In this document: one piece after another, positions 37,957 to 50,693 of the stretch
Position numbering within the stretch: position 1 is the first letter of the stretch
How the letters are laid out: each line of letters begins with the position of its first letter
From: Hormiphora californensis
Lineage: Eukaryota; Animalia; Ctenophora
Direction: 5' to 3'
Assembly (NCBI GenBank): GCA_020137815.1
Contig: CM035360.1
Span: 6,200,001-6,264,000 of the forward strand
DNA length: 64,000 nucleotides
The notes under the pieces: generated by a model
Seen by the model: the letters and a program-made list of their open reading frames with translations, nothing else
Databases searched by the model: none
What the model was told of the DNA's origin: nothing
Program-made: the position numbers and the translations under genes

Positions 37957-40900
37957 ATGTATAAACTCGACCTTCCCATTGATACCCGTGAGGCTAACGC
38001 CATAGCAGCCCGACAACAGCGGGAGGAACAGAGGAAGACTCAGATCTTCAATGCCAGGACACGGCTTATCGGTGTCGACACTGACTCCCTTGCCAAACAA
38101 ATCGAGGAGAAGAAATTGATGCAGCAGGCTGAGAGGGAGCGAGCCAATGCTTATGACAATGACATGATTAAAACAGCCCAGATTTGTACTCTACTTGACG
38201 AGAGGCAGAGTAATGATACTAGGAAACTAAACGGACAACTTAACAAATTCAGGTATGAAACACAAAAATCAAGATGATGCTTTAGTTTTCCTTTGATTAC
38301 AGCAAGAACTCGACTTGTTGACTAACCTCCAAATAAAATGTGAGATCTATCTTATCAGGGACTAGAGGTCTTTTTAGTAAGGGGTTAGGGGTTTACTTTA
38401 CTAGATCACTAATACCTCCTTATCTATTTTAGGCTGGAGCAGCAGGCAGCAGCCAGTAGACGAGAGTTTGATCTGTATGATCCTGAGAGTAAGAAGAAAG
38501 ATAAACCTGCTCGAGTTTCTGATGATGACCCTAGGTGTCAAGTATCCGGTCTCCAGCTTTTCCAGGGTTAGTTTTGAAAATTCTCCTCATTTTATCAGCT
38601 AACAAAAGGTCGACTACCACCCTCGCAGTGAAACACAGTGTTTTCGAAAGCTTCTGTCGATTCATTGATTTAGTACCACTGTATCGGTGTCGAGTAGTAT
38701 CAAGGCCAGTAGGTTGTGTAGTTAACAGATCAGTAGTTTATATAATACTGCCTAGAGATGTAACAACCAAACACCCACCCTCCCCAGGAGAGGACCTGTC
38801 AGCCAAAGATAGAAAGAAGTTGCAGCAGGAGCAAATGAGGGAATGGATCAAACAGCAGTTGGAGGAGAAGAACAGAGAGAAAGCAGCAGAGAGGTACGCT
38901 GAACAGCTTCACCAAAAGAAAATGATGGAGATTGATGCCCGATCTGCAGCTCTGGCCCGTGAGGAAGAGGAATGTAGGAGGAATCTTAACATGGCAACTA
39001 AAAACTACAATTCGGCACTGTCTGCTGAGAGGAAGGCCAGGGAAGCTTTGGATAAACAGAAGGAACAAGATGATAACTTCACAGAGCTGTCCAACCAGGT
39101 AGGACTTTCGAAACTTTTTGTTTTATTTCAGAATCAAAATTGTTGGCCTCTTATCTGGGCATCTGGCCTCTCCACTAAGCTAAGTTTCACTGAGTCTCTA
39201 GTTTCTAACTCCATAATTCTCTGTAAGGTATTCGGTGACACACTGACTGAGAACCCTGGTGTTGCCCAAAGCAGCTTTGGTGCTCATCGTGTCATCCCGG
39301 ACCGATGGAAGGGAATGAGCGCTGAACAGAAGGCTGAAATTCAGAGGACTCGAGACTTACAGGTAAGATTTGGACTCAATTAGAAACTGCCAAATGTCGG
39401 GTGTAAAGTAAGCCTGTCAAAACGTGTCGATTTTTGGCCAAACCTTGAAGTCACGAGAGGCAAGCCAATTCCGGTTGTACATCCTAGGTATAGGTCTCCT
39501 GAACATAAAAAACCAAAACGTCAGTCTCAATTATTTGGGGGAAGGTGTGTAATTAGCCCCTAATTGATTGGTAATTGAGCACAAGGGGGAAAAAGCTGTA
39601 TCTACCCTTAGGAAAGGAGTAGAGACAAAATTAAGGGCACCAAAGTGTTCAGCGTCCTCGCATTAGTGGGGGTAGGTGCCGGAATGAATTCTCTATCTCA
39701 TCTGGTTAATTAGATAATTGGATAATTAGGTATGCGCATAGCCGTTTGCTGGCCAAATGGCTATAGCCATGTTAGGAAAGGAGTAGAGACAAAACCGAGG
39801 GCACTAAAATGATCAGCGTCCTCGAATTAGTGGGGGTAGGTGCTGAAATTAAATCTCTATCTCATCCGGTTAATTAGATAATTGGATAATTAGTTTTGCG
39901 AATAACCGTTTTTAGGCTATATGGCTATAGCCACTTAGGAATGGTTTAGAGACTTTTCATTGGTGCCATTTTGTAGGCAATGGCCAAGTTATGGGGGGTC
40001 GACGTCGAACTTTTAAGCTCTATCTTCAACCGTTTAGCCGTTATTTGGCTTTTAAGGTGCTGAAAATGAGTAAAAATCGGGCTTTTTACCGTTTTTTGCT
40101 CATTTTGAGCACCTTTAAAGCCAAATAACGGCTAAACGGTTGAAGATAGAGCTTAAAAGTCCGACGTCGACCCCCCATAACTTGGCCATTGCCTACAAAA
40201 TGGCACCAATGAAAAGTCTCTAAACCATTCCTAAGTGGCTATAGCCATATAGCCTAAAAACGGTTATTCGCAAAACTAATTATCCAATTATCTAATTAAC
40301 CGGATGAGATAGAGATTTAATTTCAGCACCTACCCCCACTAATTCGAGGACGCTGATCATTTTAGAGCCCTCGGTTTTGTCTCTACTCCTTTCCTAACAT
40401 GGCTATAGCCATATGGCCAGCAAACGGCTATGCGCATACCTAATTATCCAATTATCTAATTAACCAGATGAGATAGAGACTTCATTCCGGCACCTACCCC
40501 CACTAATGCGAGGACGCTGAACACTTTGGTGCCCTTAATTTTGTCTCTACTCCTTTCCTAAGGGTAGATACAGCTTTTTTCCCCTTGTGCTCAATTACCA
40601 ATCAATTAGGGGCTAATTACACACCTTCCCCCAAATAATTGAGACTGACATTTTGGTTTTTTATGTTTAGGAGACCTATACCGAGGATGTACAACCGGAA
40701 TTGGCTTGCCTCTAGTGAGTTCTAGGTTGAAACACGTTTTGACAGGCTTAAAGTAATAATTTCCAATCGATCCTCAAATCAGAGTAGAGTTTGGAAGTGG
40801 GAATGCCTACTTAGCGTAGCGCGCGAGACAACACAGAGAGTATTTCTCGCGCGCGTTTTGCTATGATCCAGCGCGTAACCATGACAACTTTTACAGAAAG

Positions 40901-41160
40901 AAGAAAAACAGAGGATGCTAGATGAAGAGAAAGAGCTGTACAATGAATACGAGAGGACCGCCCTACTTCAGGCCCAGAAAGCCATTCTGATGGAGAGGGA
41001 GAAGAACAGGAAAGCAGCTGAGCTGGAAAAGAGCATTGCGGAGGAGAACATGAGGTTGTCTCAGGAACAGAGATCAAACCTGACCCGGCTGAACAAGGAA
41101 ATTTACACCAACCCTCCCACCAACGATTACTTTGCCCAATTCAACACCTCCACTCGATAG
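37957..41160 (+). CDS. RIBC2: RIB43A-like coiled-coil ciliary microtubule inner protein
   Basis: Exons 37957-38252, 38433-38566, 38788-39098, 39228-39362, 40897-41160. Motifs IFNARTRLIGVD, RREFDLYDP, DDDPR...GLQLFQGEDL, LTENP..A.S.FG.HRVIPDRWKGMS, YTNPPTNDYFAQFNTSTR*. RIBC1 versus RIBC2 orthology is not resolved. Confidence 0.93.
39409..40750. mobile_element. Near-perfect 1.34-kb palindromic (foldback) element in last RIB43A intron
   Basis: TAAGCCTGTCAAAACGTGT ... ACACGTTTTGACAGGCTTA with centre at ~40085. Flanking repeat TAAAGTA(A) overlaps the termini, so TSD length (3-9 bp) is ambiguous. Arms contain ~170-bp internal subrepeats. Confidence 0.88.
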
Positions 41161-42438
41161 AAGGAGAGCGTGTCATTCAAAGGGAGAGAGACTTTAGGCA
41201 GTTGCCAGAGAGATAGAGAACATTATGTCAACCAATATGTGTGTGTACAAAGCTGGATTTTTATGTGCGTCACCGGATGTGTAGCTAAACCAAGATGCAA
41301 TAATATTTGAACAAAATGAAAAACTGCCTTTTGAAATTTGTAACACATGAAACTGTACAAAATTAACATCTGCATTTGTCGCAAAGAAAGAATGGCAATA
41401 CGAGTTTCGGAATTAAAATATATCAAGGCTTAAATAGTCAAATAAGTCTTTCAAATAAGGCTTGTGGTACACATGACAGTCACACACGTCACACACAAAG
41501 TGCTGTCATCGTGGGACGTTTCTGAAATAAACACTGTCTTTCATCTCTGGTCTTGTTATGTTCTAACCCTCGTGAAAAGAGGGTCGAGCTAGGCAACTCT
41601 AGGAAACTGGTAGAATTGGTAGATTTAAAGTTTTTAAAACACTCATTGTCATTACTGCAGGGGTGTGTATAAGAAGGGATACAGCATAGTCTCTAGAGCT
41701 ATCATAAGATCCAGTCTCTAAGCCTTGATCCTTTGATCTGCTCTTCTGCCCCCTTGGTAGCCTGGCTTGGGACTTTTTCAATCCTAGCTTTGAGATAATT
41801 CCTGAAAAGTGAGAGAAATTAATTCATCGGAAAGAGACGCTACACATTTTGCAAAAAGATGTTGTCATACCACACTAGTCTTTGACAGGAGTTAGTTTGA
41901 TCCTTGGTAATGGTCTTCGTTCCTTCTCCCTGTATAATTGTGCTCTACTTGTCGAAGGTCTGTCGGTCACTTTGTCTGTCGCTTTGTCTGTCGCTTTATC
42001 TGTCGCTTTGTCGGTCGCTTTGTCTGATTTTCTCTTCTCTCGTGATCTGTCCCTTGACTTCTTTTTCTTTGATTTCGCAGGTTTTTCTGCCTCTCTTTCA
42101 GCAACAATGGGCGACATTGGCATGAAACCATCCATTCCCCGCATTGACATAGCCAGGCCTGATTTTCTGGGAATTTGGGTACGATTGAAATGAGCTGAAT
42201 CGATCAGCATAAAATCAATCAAAGTTGCAATTTAAAGGAACAATGAACATACATTTAAAATTCTATTTTAAAGGAACATACATTGAGGCTCCTGCTGCCT
42301 CCGGGGGAAGTAGCATCTGAAGATGCGGAGACGCTTCTTCCCCTACTCATTTCTTGTAGATTCTTCAACGAAGCTATAGCTTTACTGCTCACAGCCAGTA
42401 GAGCCCCTCTCTTTCTCGCTTTCTCTGCCTCTTTTTTC

Positions 42439-45400
42439 TTAGAGAATAAACTCTGCCATTTCAATATCTTGTTTCCTTATCATTTCATTCAGTCGGTCCT
42501 TGTCAAATATCCAGTGCTGTAGGTCAGCTGTCAATTGTTATAGTGGGTCAGTTTGTTAGTCAGTTTGTCACACAATACTATTGGTTGTCATGGAAACACT
42601 AATTCACATGTCACAGTATGTACCCTACCTGGTGCGTTTCTAAGTATTGAATCGTGATGTTTCCTGGTAGCCTGGTATGGCCTGCTTGCCTTCCAATACT
42701 TTTCCAAATAGTTGTTAAGGTGCTGGGCTGCTTCATTGAAATCGTGCTCGTTTAGTATCACATCAAAATGACGCTGTAAAGAAACAAGAGTCAGGGTTGG
42801 ACCCTGGAAAGCATCTCACCACGGCCCTTTTAATTGGAAGTACAATGTACTAATTTAGTACATGCTCAGTATCCCATCTTGTCCCCCCATTGTGTGCTAC
42901 CCCCCCCCCCCCCCTCGGACCTCGATGGCAATATTACCTTGTCCAAATCACACAGTTTGGTAGCGGTGTAAACTTGTGCTGTCATTCCTCTCTTCTGATC
43001 CGTTCCTCTCTGTTTAATGAGGTTCTGAAGCACCTAAAATGGGAATAGAAAATGGGTTAGAAATAGGGCGGAATGGCATTAGAAATGGCTATTAGAAGGT
43101 GGCGTACGCTGGACGGTGTGAGAGTAGGGCGAGGTTATACTCCTTCCTGGACTGCAATTGTATGGCGCTGTTTAATCATCGCTCAATTACAGAGTGAGAA
43201 AAGAAGGAGAAAGATGCTAGTGTTTGTGCAATTACCAAGGCAATTAACGACAATCACACACACATACTGATACACACACACTGCAGTGACATAATAATGT
43301 CAGTCGGTAGCACACAATATTCACACCCGGAACCAAGACCGGAAACACGCGAAAAACAAACAAGCAAGCAAACAAACAAGCAAACACGCAAACAAACAAA
43401 CAAACAAACAAACAAACAAACAAACAAACAAACAAACAAACAAACAAACAAGCAAACAAACAAACAAACAAACCTTAGTGTTTGATATTTTGATGTGAAC
43501 CAGGATTGGATTCAGAGCACTGCTTTTCAATGGAGTGGGGCTGTTGATTTTGAGATCTACAAACAGTAGTTTGAAACTCCGGGCTGCTTCATAGATCCTA
43601 TCTGTGATCACATCCAGACCCTCATGGAGCACCAGATCCTGATTTGTTGGCAGAGATGGAGGAATTGAAGGTTTTCAGAGATTTTTCATCCACCTATACG
43701 GGGAGAGGAGGTATTAGGAGATATTACATGATGCTAAGAATGGGATGTAATGAGATGCCCGTTAGAGAATTCAATACAGGATCGGACCCCGATTTACCGG
43801 GATACTACCCTTTTCCCGAACAGCTCGGTAGATCAGGGTCCTACAGCCTACTACTACAAGATGATGATATGAAACTTTACCTGGTAGACTTCTAGTTTCT
43901 CCTCAAACTGTTTCTTGATGGCGTGAAGGAGGGCTTTGTGCATCAAATCAGTGATCTCGAACCCCCTCATACTAGGTCCACAGAGAACAATGGGTCGTAT
44001 CACTGGCACCGCTTCATAAGGACCCTGTGCCTTACTATCCAGCTCACTCACTCTACTCTGAGGTATGGCCTCCACACATAAACTATCCATACTGTCTGAC
44101 TTCTTGACCTCTGCAGTTTTAGCTGGTGGAGCAGCGCTCTTCTTCTCTTCTTTCACTGGTTGTTTCCTGACGATGGTATCTCGTTGTTGACTGGCTATCT
44201 CCTCAGCAAGTTTCTTTATCTTAGCGGGGGCGGGTATAAACCCGATCGGGGAATCTACCTTTACCACCCTTCCTATCCACCAATCCTCGTTATATTTCGC
44301 CTTCACATGGAGACAATCACGTGCTCTGAATGTCACCGCCTTCCCGTGTATTGGACAGTCATCGTCGTGAAACCCGTTAAAAGTGAGGTTCACTCGCACA
44401 GCAAAGGCGACATCCATTCTCTCAGCGTTGGAAACTATTTCCCAGGCCTCCTTTAGACCGTATTGAATTGAGGGTTGGAGTTCTCCATTCCACTGTTCCT
44501 GAAGGGGAGGGGGTGATAGAAGGGGGAGGGGGTGATAGAAGGGGGAGGTAGGGGGGGGGGGGTGAAAATTTAGTTGAGGGCTAGGGGAGATTTATAGCTG
44601 TTTTGTTCAAACCCATTTTATTTTATGGTGGGCGGAGAGGGTCGAATCATTATAGTAGTTGGCACATGTGCTAAAACTAGGGCATATTGTGTAAATGTGC
44701 TTACATTAATTTCTCTCCGTAATCTCTGAACTCCATCATCCACAGGGGTCTTACCAAGGGACTCGGGGTGGTAAAGTAACTGATTTAGAATCTGAGAGGG
44801 AGGGAGATATGTTTAGACTACTTAAATGGAAGTTGGAAATGATTTAGTCTTTATCCAAAGAAAGTAAGACCGGGTATAATTTAGAGTAGGTAGTACATGT
44901 ACAACTCTAAAAGTACCGTGTGGGGCAATAAAAATGCCCCCCCCAAGTCTACCATAGTTCTAGATATCGTGGAGCGCTAAAATTTGGTACAGTAACTCTA
45001 TGAGACAAATAAATAACTTGACCAAAATTTCAGACCTCTAGCTCAAAATTCATTTTTTTGATCGGAATGAACATTGCCATTCATTCCAGAAAAAATATTT
45101 TACGGTCTAAAATTTAACCAATTATGTTTGGCTATCGATTAGCTTTCCAATGTGACCAAGATCAGCTAAATTGGACAACCACAAGAGACACAGTGCCATG
45201 TTTCTTAAAGTTAGTCAGGTCATGTGATCCTCACCGAATCATGGAGAGATTCGGTATTGCTAATCAGGCCAAGGGGCAGAGGAATCTCGTATCACGGCCG
45301 CTAATGAGGTATGTGTACCAATACTGGGTGATGTGATTCGAGAAAAGAGGACATTTATCTGAAGAGCTACAGCATCGTCATCCCTCATTAGCAGCCGTGA

Positions 45401-45873
45401 TACGTGATTCTCTTCCACTTAGACCAATTCGTAATACTGAACACTCAACGATTCGGCGAGGATCACATGACCTGACTAACTTTAAGAAACATGGCACTGT
45501 GTCTCTTGTGGTTGTCCAATTTAACTGATCTTGATCACATTGGAAAGCTAATCGATAGCCAAACATAATTGGTTAAATTTTGGACCGGAAAATATTTTTT
45601 TCTGGAATGAATGACAATGTTCATTCCGATCAAAAAAATGAATTTTGAGCTAGAGGTCTGAAATTTTGGCCAAGTTATTTATTTGTCTCATAGAGTTACT
45701 GTACCAAATTTTAGCGCTCCACGATATCTGGAACTATGGTAGACTTGGGGGGGCATTTTTATTGCCCCACACGGTACAACTCTAAAAGTTTGCTTTGAAC
45801 AAGTTTAGACAACGTACAGTTAGAACAATCCAACTCTACTCACATGATCTTTCTCTATCGCATTTGCCATCAT
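42439..45873 (-). CDS. CACNB: Voltage-gated calcium channel beta subunit (SH3 + guanylate-kinase-like); C-terminal end uncertain
   Basis: Exons 45873-45844, 44791-44705, 44498-43881, 43638-43474, 43033-42938, 42773-42629, then probably 42527-42439. Motifs VAFAVR, LHVKAKYNEDWWIGR, IGFIPAP, PYEAVP.IRPIVLCGPSMRGFEITDLMHKAL, KVLQNLIKQRG, FDVILNE....AAQHL..YLEKYWKA. Confidence 0.92.
43355..43472. repeat. (AAAC)n microsatellite starting at a CACNB splice donor
   Basis: Tetranucleotide run. On the minus strand it begins with the donor GTTTGT. Confidence 0.95.
44916..45774. mobile_element. Palindromic TA-flanked non-autonomous element in CACNB intron (Tc1/mariner-pogo-like termini)
   Basis: TA|CCGTGTGGGGCAATAAAAATGCCCC ... 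GGGGCATTTTTATTGCCCCACACGG|TA. Arms ~390 bp, spacer ~70 bp. Confidence 0.88.
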
Positions 45874-46617
45874 CTTGACAAGGTATCAGGAGCTGCTAGT
45901 CTGGGAAGGAGTTGATTAGAACTATAACACATAGAACAACAAGCTCAGAATTAGGGCGGTATATGATAGAGGCGGAAAGGAAAGGCCAGAAATACATGAG
46001 TCATACACTAGGGGGTGGCATCATCAGAGCTTTATTCGCACAGTACACATGTGTGAACTACAGTGGCTATCTACGACAAATAGAGCTGTGTACAAGGTAT
46101 GAACAGTGTGCGTGTGTGTTTATTCGATTGAACAAATGTTTGCTAAAATGTCAGTCATGTACCGCTTGGCTCTGCAGTTGTAGTGGTATAGTTCCCTAAC
46201 ATAGCAAAACATGAATCAGTCCGGTTTGTTTGAGTAATTGTTGAGTAAGATTCCACTGCAAATAAGGAATATATAAGAATCTCATCACAAGCTGTGAATA
46301 TAACTTCTCAGTTCAGGTGCAGGAGGAGAAGTGATAGAAAATTGCTAGAAAATTCATTAGTTCTGCAGTTGATCAGTTTCAACACTCACAACAACATGCT
46401 TGTTTCACACACACCCTCCTCATAGAGCCCAATTTTAGAACATGAGAGAGAGAGAAAGAGAGGTCAGATGGTGCGTTCACAGACTGAAATTGCTAATATA
46501 TATTCAGTGTGTATCATCGAGCATATCATAATTATAAAGGTTTGATATCACACAACCGGCATGCTCCTCTTATAATAGCACCCTATAATATGTCGCTAGA
46601 AGATGGTAATTGTGAGA

Positions 46618-46753
<136 letters not shown>

Positions 46754-47066
46754 TATGATGCAAATCATAATAGCATCGTTGCCCAAGCCACACACATACA
46801 CCCTAACAGAGGTACGAACAACAAGGGAGAGTGAGAGATCGATGTATAGATCGTTAAACTTCAAGTACAGGAATAAAGTCTGTATTTTGCCTTTATCTAG
46901 ATCCCTATAATACCGCTCTATCTTTATCTAGATCCCTGTATCCCTCTGGTGAGCTGTATTGCCAGGGGAAGATCATTGAACAACAGGGAGTACCAGAGGA
47001 ATAATTATCTTAGCAGGACAAAAGAAGAGACTGCTGGAGAGAATCCCAGCGAAGAGAGCTGAGAGA

Positions 47067-47165
<99 letters not shown>

Positions 47166-48024
47166 AGCAAACATACACAGCCAATATAGGTACCAATACC
47201 TTCTGACAGAGAGCACAATTGCCGAATAGCAAATTACAGTAACATCACGATATATGACAGAAGCAGTGGGGATGATAGAGATCACGATTCATTTCACTGA
47301 ACAGATATGGATATATCAGATAGAGATGTATTTAACATATCAGATGTGTGAAGAAGTGTTGCTGTAAAAGATGAAGTGCACCAATTGGGTCTGTTCGATT
47401 CCCATCAAATCAGATAGCTATATAGAGGGGGGGTGGACCAATAACACAGTATCAGAACTATGTATAGGGTCCAATACTGCAGTATATCATTGAAGGAGTA
47501 ACAAAGCTATTATTATAATAGACAAGCCACTGCAGCATACAGTAATACACTGGGTATATAATAGATACTTTGATTAACTAGCTAGAGATTACTATCATTC
47601 AAAGACACTAATATACAAAGTAAAGGACACAATTACTGAAGCTGCTTAGTTGGACTCTTCAAGACCGATCAATAATTTGTACACACACACAGCACTGCTT
47701 GCATTATGTATTCTCTCCCCTGTCTCCCTCTTCTCTCCCCTGTCTCCCTCTCTTCTCTCCCTGTCTCCCTCTCTTTTCTTTGCAAAATTGCGGCAATGCG
47801 GCCTGCTGTCAACAGCTTGTCCGAGAGAGAGACAGGAGAGAGAAAAACGAAGCGAGATCCAAGGTACTTCCCCAGGTACTGGAAATAGATCAATGTATTT
47901 TATCAGCGGCTGAAATTCAGCTCCACATAATTCACACACTGACTCTAAAGCACTCACACGTAACGAACAAATACAGTGCATGCCCTTCCCGTCTCGCAAC
48001 AAGGAAATGAATCCTATAGCGAGG

Positions 48025-48115
<91 letters not shown>

Positions 48116-48445
48116 GGGGGAGAGAGAGGAAGATTGGAATTAGTATACATTCAGCTGACAGCCATGTATGTGATGGTCCACTAGAGAGAGAAATCAGAGA
48201 AAAAGAGGTAAAATACAGGATCTAGAAAACTTAGAACAGGATATGAGACATAACAAGGGAATTTCAAGATAACAAGCAAAAAAAAAGAGTGAACACACAG
48301 AGTAGACAGAAGGATGGAGTAGACAGGTACTAGACAGCACACCTGGAAATGAGGAGAAACAGGAGCCAACAAAGGTACACTGTAGTGCTGCATGAACAAG
48401 TGCGAAAAGAACAATGTGGTCTATAACTGCAGTATCTCTCTCCCT

Positions 48446-48485
<40 letters not shown>

Positions 48486-49770
48486 CTCTCTCTCCTTCTG
48501 TCTTCCTATCTTTCTCTCTTAGGTTGTATCCTAGAAGCCTTAAAAGAATGCATGTGCTGAAAGCAAAAAGTTAGACACTACATCAGCGGTCAACACTATA
48601 AAATCACTCTTCAAAGCAGGTCTATAACTCTTGTCTCTTGTTTTATCCCAAGTGTATAGAATAAAAAAATGAAACAGAAGCCAAGAAGATATCTCTCTAG
48701 TTGGTATATATTGAAAAGCTGACCGATATATCAGGTGTTATTTATCAGGTGTTATAGGAAAAGGAATAGAAAATACAAATTCGCTGGAAGAATTTATAAA
48801 GAGAAAATGATTTGATAATATACAATTTGAGGTAGTGACAATTGAAAGGGGGACAGGAGAAATTAGAAATACGAATGCAGAGATGCCTATAAAAGAAAGA
48901 CATGTGCAATACGCTACAAATGCTATAAAAAGTAAATTACTTGTCTTAGACAATTACATGCTTGAAACCGATTATCAAATCAAAAGCGATCTAACTTCTG
49001 AAAAACGGCAGCTCATTTAAATCTTCGAGAATTTTACCAGTTATTCAGTCTAGTGAGCCAAAAGTGTGCACTATCTTTATCTAGAGATCAGTACCAACTC
49101 GCTACAGTTATATACAGATGCAGAAAGAAGGGAGGGTACATTGGAGAGCTAGTATACACTCAGAGAGATAGGTCTGATACACAGATAATTACCGTACACG
49201 CGGTCTCCCATTAACTCATTAGGCCGGCAGACCGAGACAAGTTAGAGATAGGAGGAGGAGGAGCAGAATTATAGAATTAATCAAGTAATTGTCTACAAAT
49301 GGGGATGAAATGCGCTATATTTTCAACACTTTGGGGCTTGGGTTGGTTGGGTCACTGGTCGAAGACCACAGTGACAGAACCACAGAAAGAAATCTTCCCA
49401 CGGTGTGTTAAAAAGAAGAACCGTGGGAAATGCGCGCCAAAATAAGGGGTCTTGTTACAATTAGGAGACAGTGCGCGTTCCTACTAATTACGTCTGGAAA
49501 GTGGAAAGTGTGACAAACCGACAAGACATGGGACAAAAAATACATGTAAACACATATATGGGACACGGACGTCGGGCAGATGCATGAAGGAATGCGATGA
49601 GCCATACCGTGTTGCCCTAGATGTATAGGTGCAAGCACAGAGACTAAAGATACGAGAAATGAACAGAGAATAGTAGACAGGTCTATCTACAAACTACGTC
49701 CATCCTCCAATCTCTATCTGTAGATCGATGATCACATGGTCCTCTATCGAGAGCGAGAGAGAGAGAGAGA

Positions 49771-49916
<146 letters not shown>

Positions 49917-49931
49917 GAGAGAGAGAGAGAG

Positions 49932-49983
<52 letters not shown>

Positions 49984-50138
49984 GAGAGAGAGAGAGAGAT
50001 CATTGCATGTGTACCACAAATCACTGTGTGTCATACACGTGGTAGAGACACACGCTAATATTAATCATTTCTAGGAGAGCCCTCCTTAACTTTCTATCTT
50101 CCTTTCTACCTCTCCCTTTCTTCCCTGTTTGCTTTTCA

Positions 50139-50189
<51 letters not shown>

Positions 50190-50693
50190 ACGTGTACACA
50201 TTATGAACTGGACTAAGGACAATACGCTCATCTTCTCCAATACAATATTCATAGAAAGCATACCGGGTTTTAGGGAGACTTTGGATTTGTGGATACAGAG
50301 AAGAGGAGAAGAAAGAGATAGGGGGATTGATGGAACCTTGACCCGGATTGAAGGTACTGAATATATCGATATTGGAGTTATTGATCAATTGATAAGGAGA
50401 ATTTTTAACAACCTTTATTAAATCTGAATTACTAAAGATCCATTGTTATTACCTGATCGCTGAACTGATCATCGTCTAGATCTCTCTCCACTAAGTAGAC
50501 TGTCGTCGTCCAATACTGATCTCTCCATTGATAAATTCCCTTGTCATTGGTACCTGCAGGAAATGAAGGAGAGAGTTTAAGGAAAAGTGAAAATATATTA
50601 CTTTGGAACCAAATCAAAGGATTTCACATTTTCATATTCATTTGTATATATTCATACTAATACTAATTCATGTTTCATTCACTTCAGTTAAAA

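Noticed and set aside
41599-42441. Stop-codon reassignment explaining in-phase stops after CACNB
   Set aside because: TAA, TAG and TGA all terminate well-supported genes elsewhere in the window; indel errors or UTR sequence are simpler.
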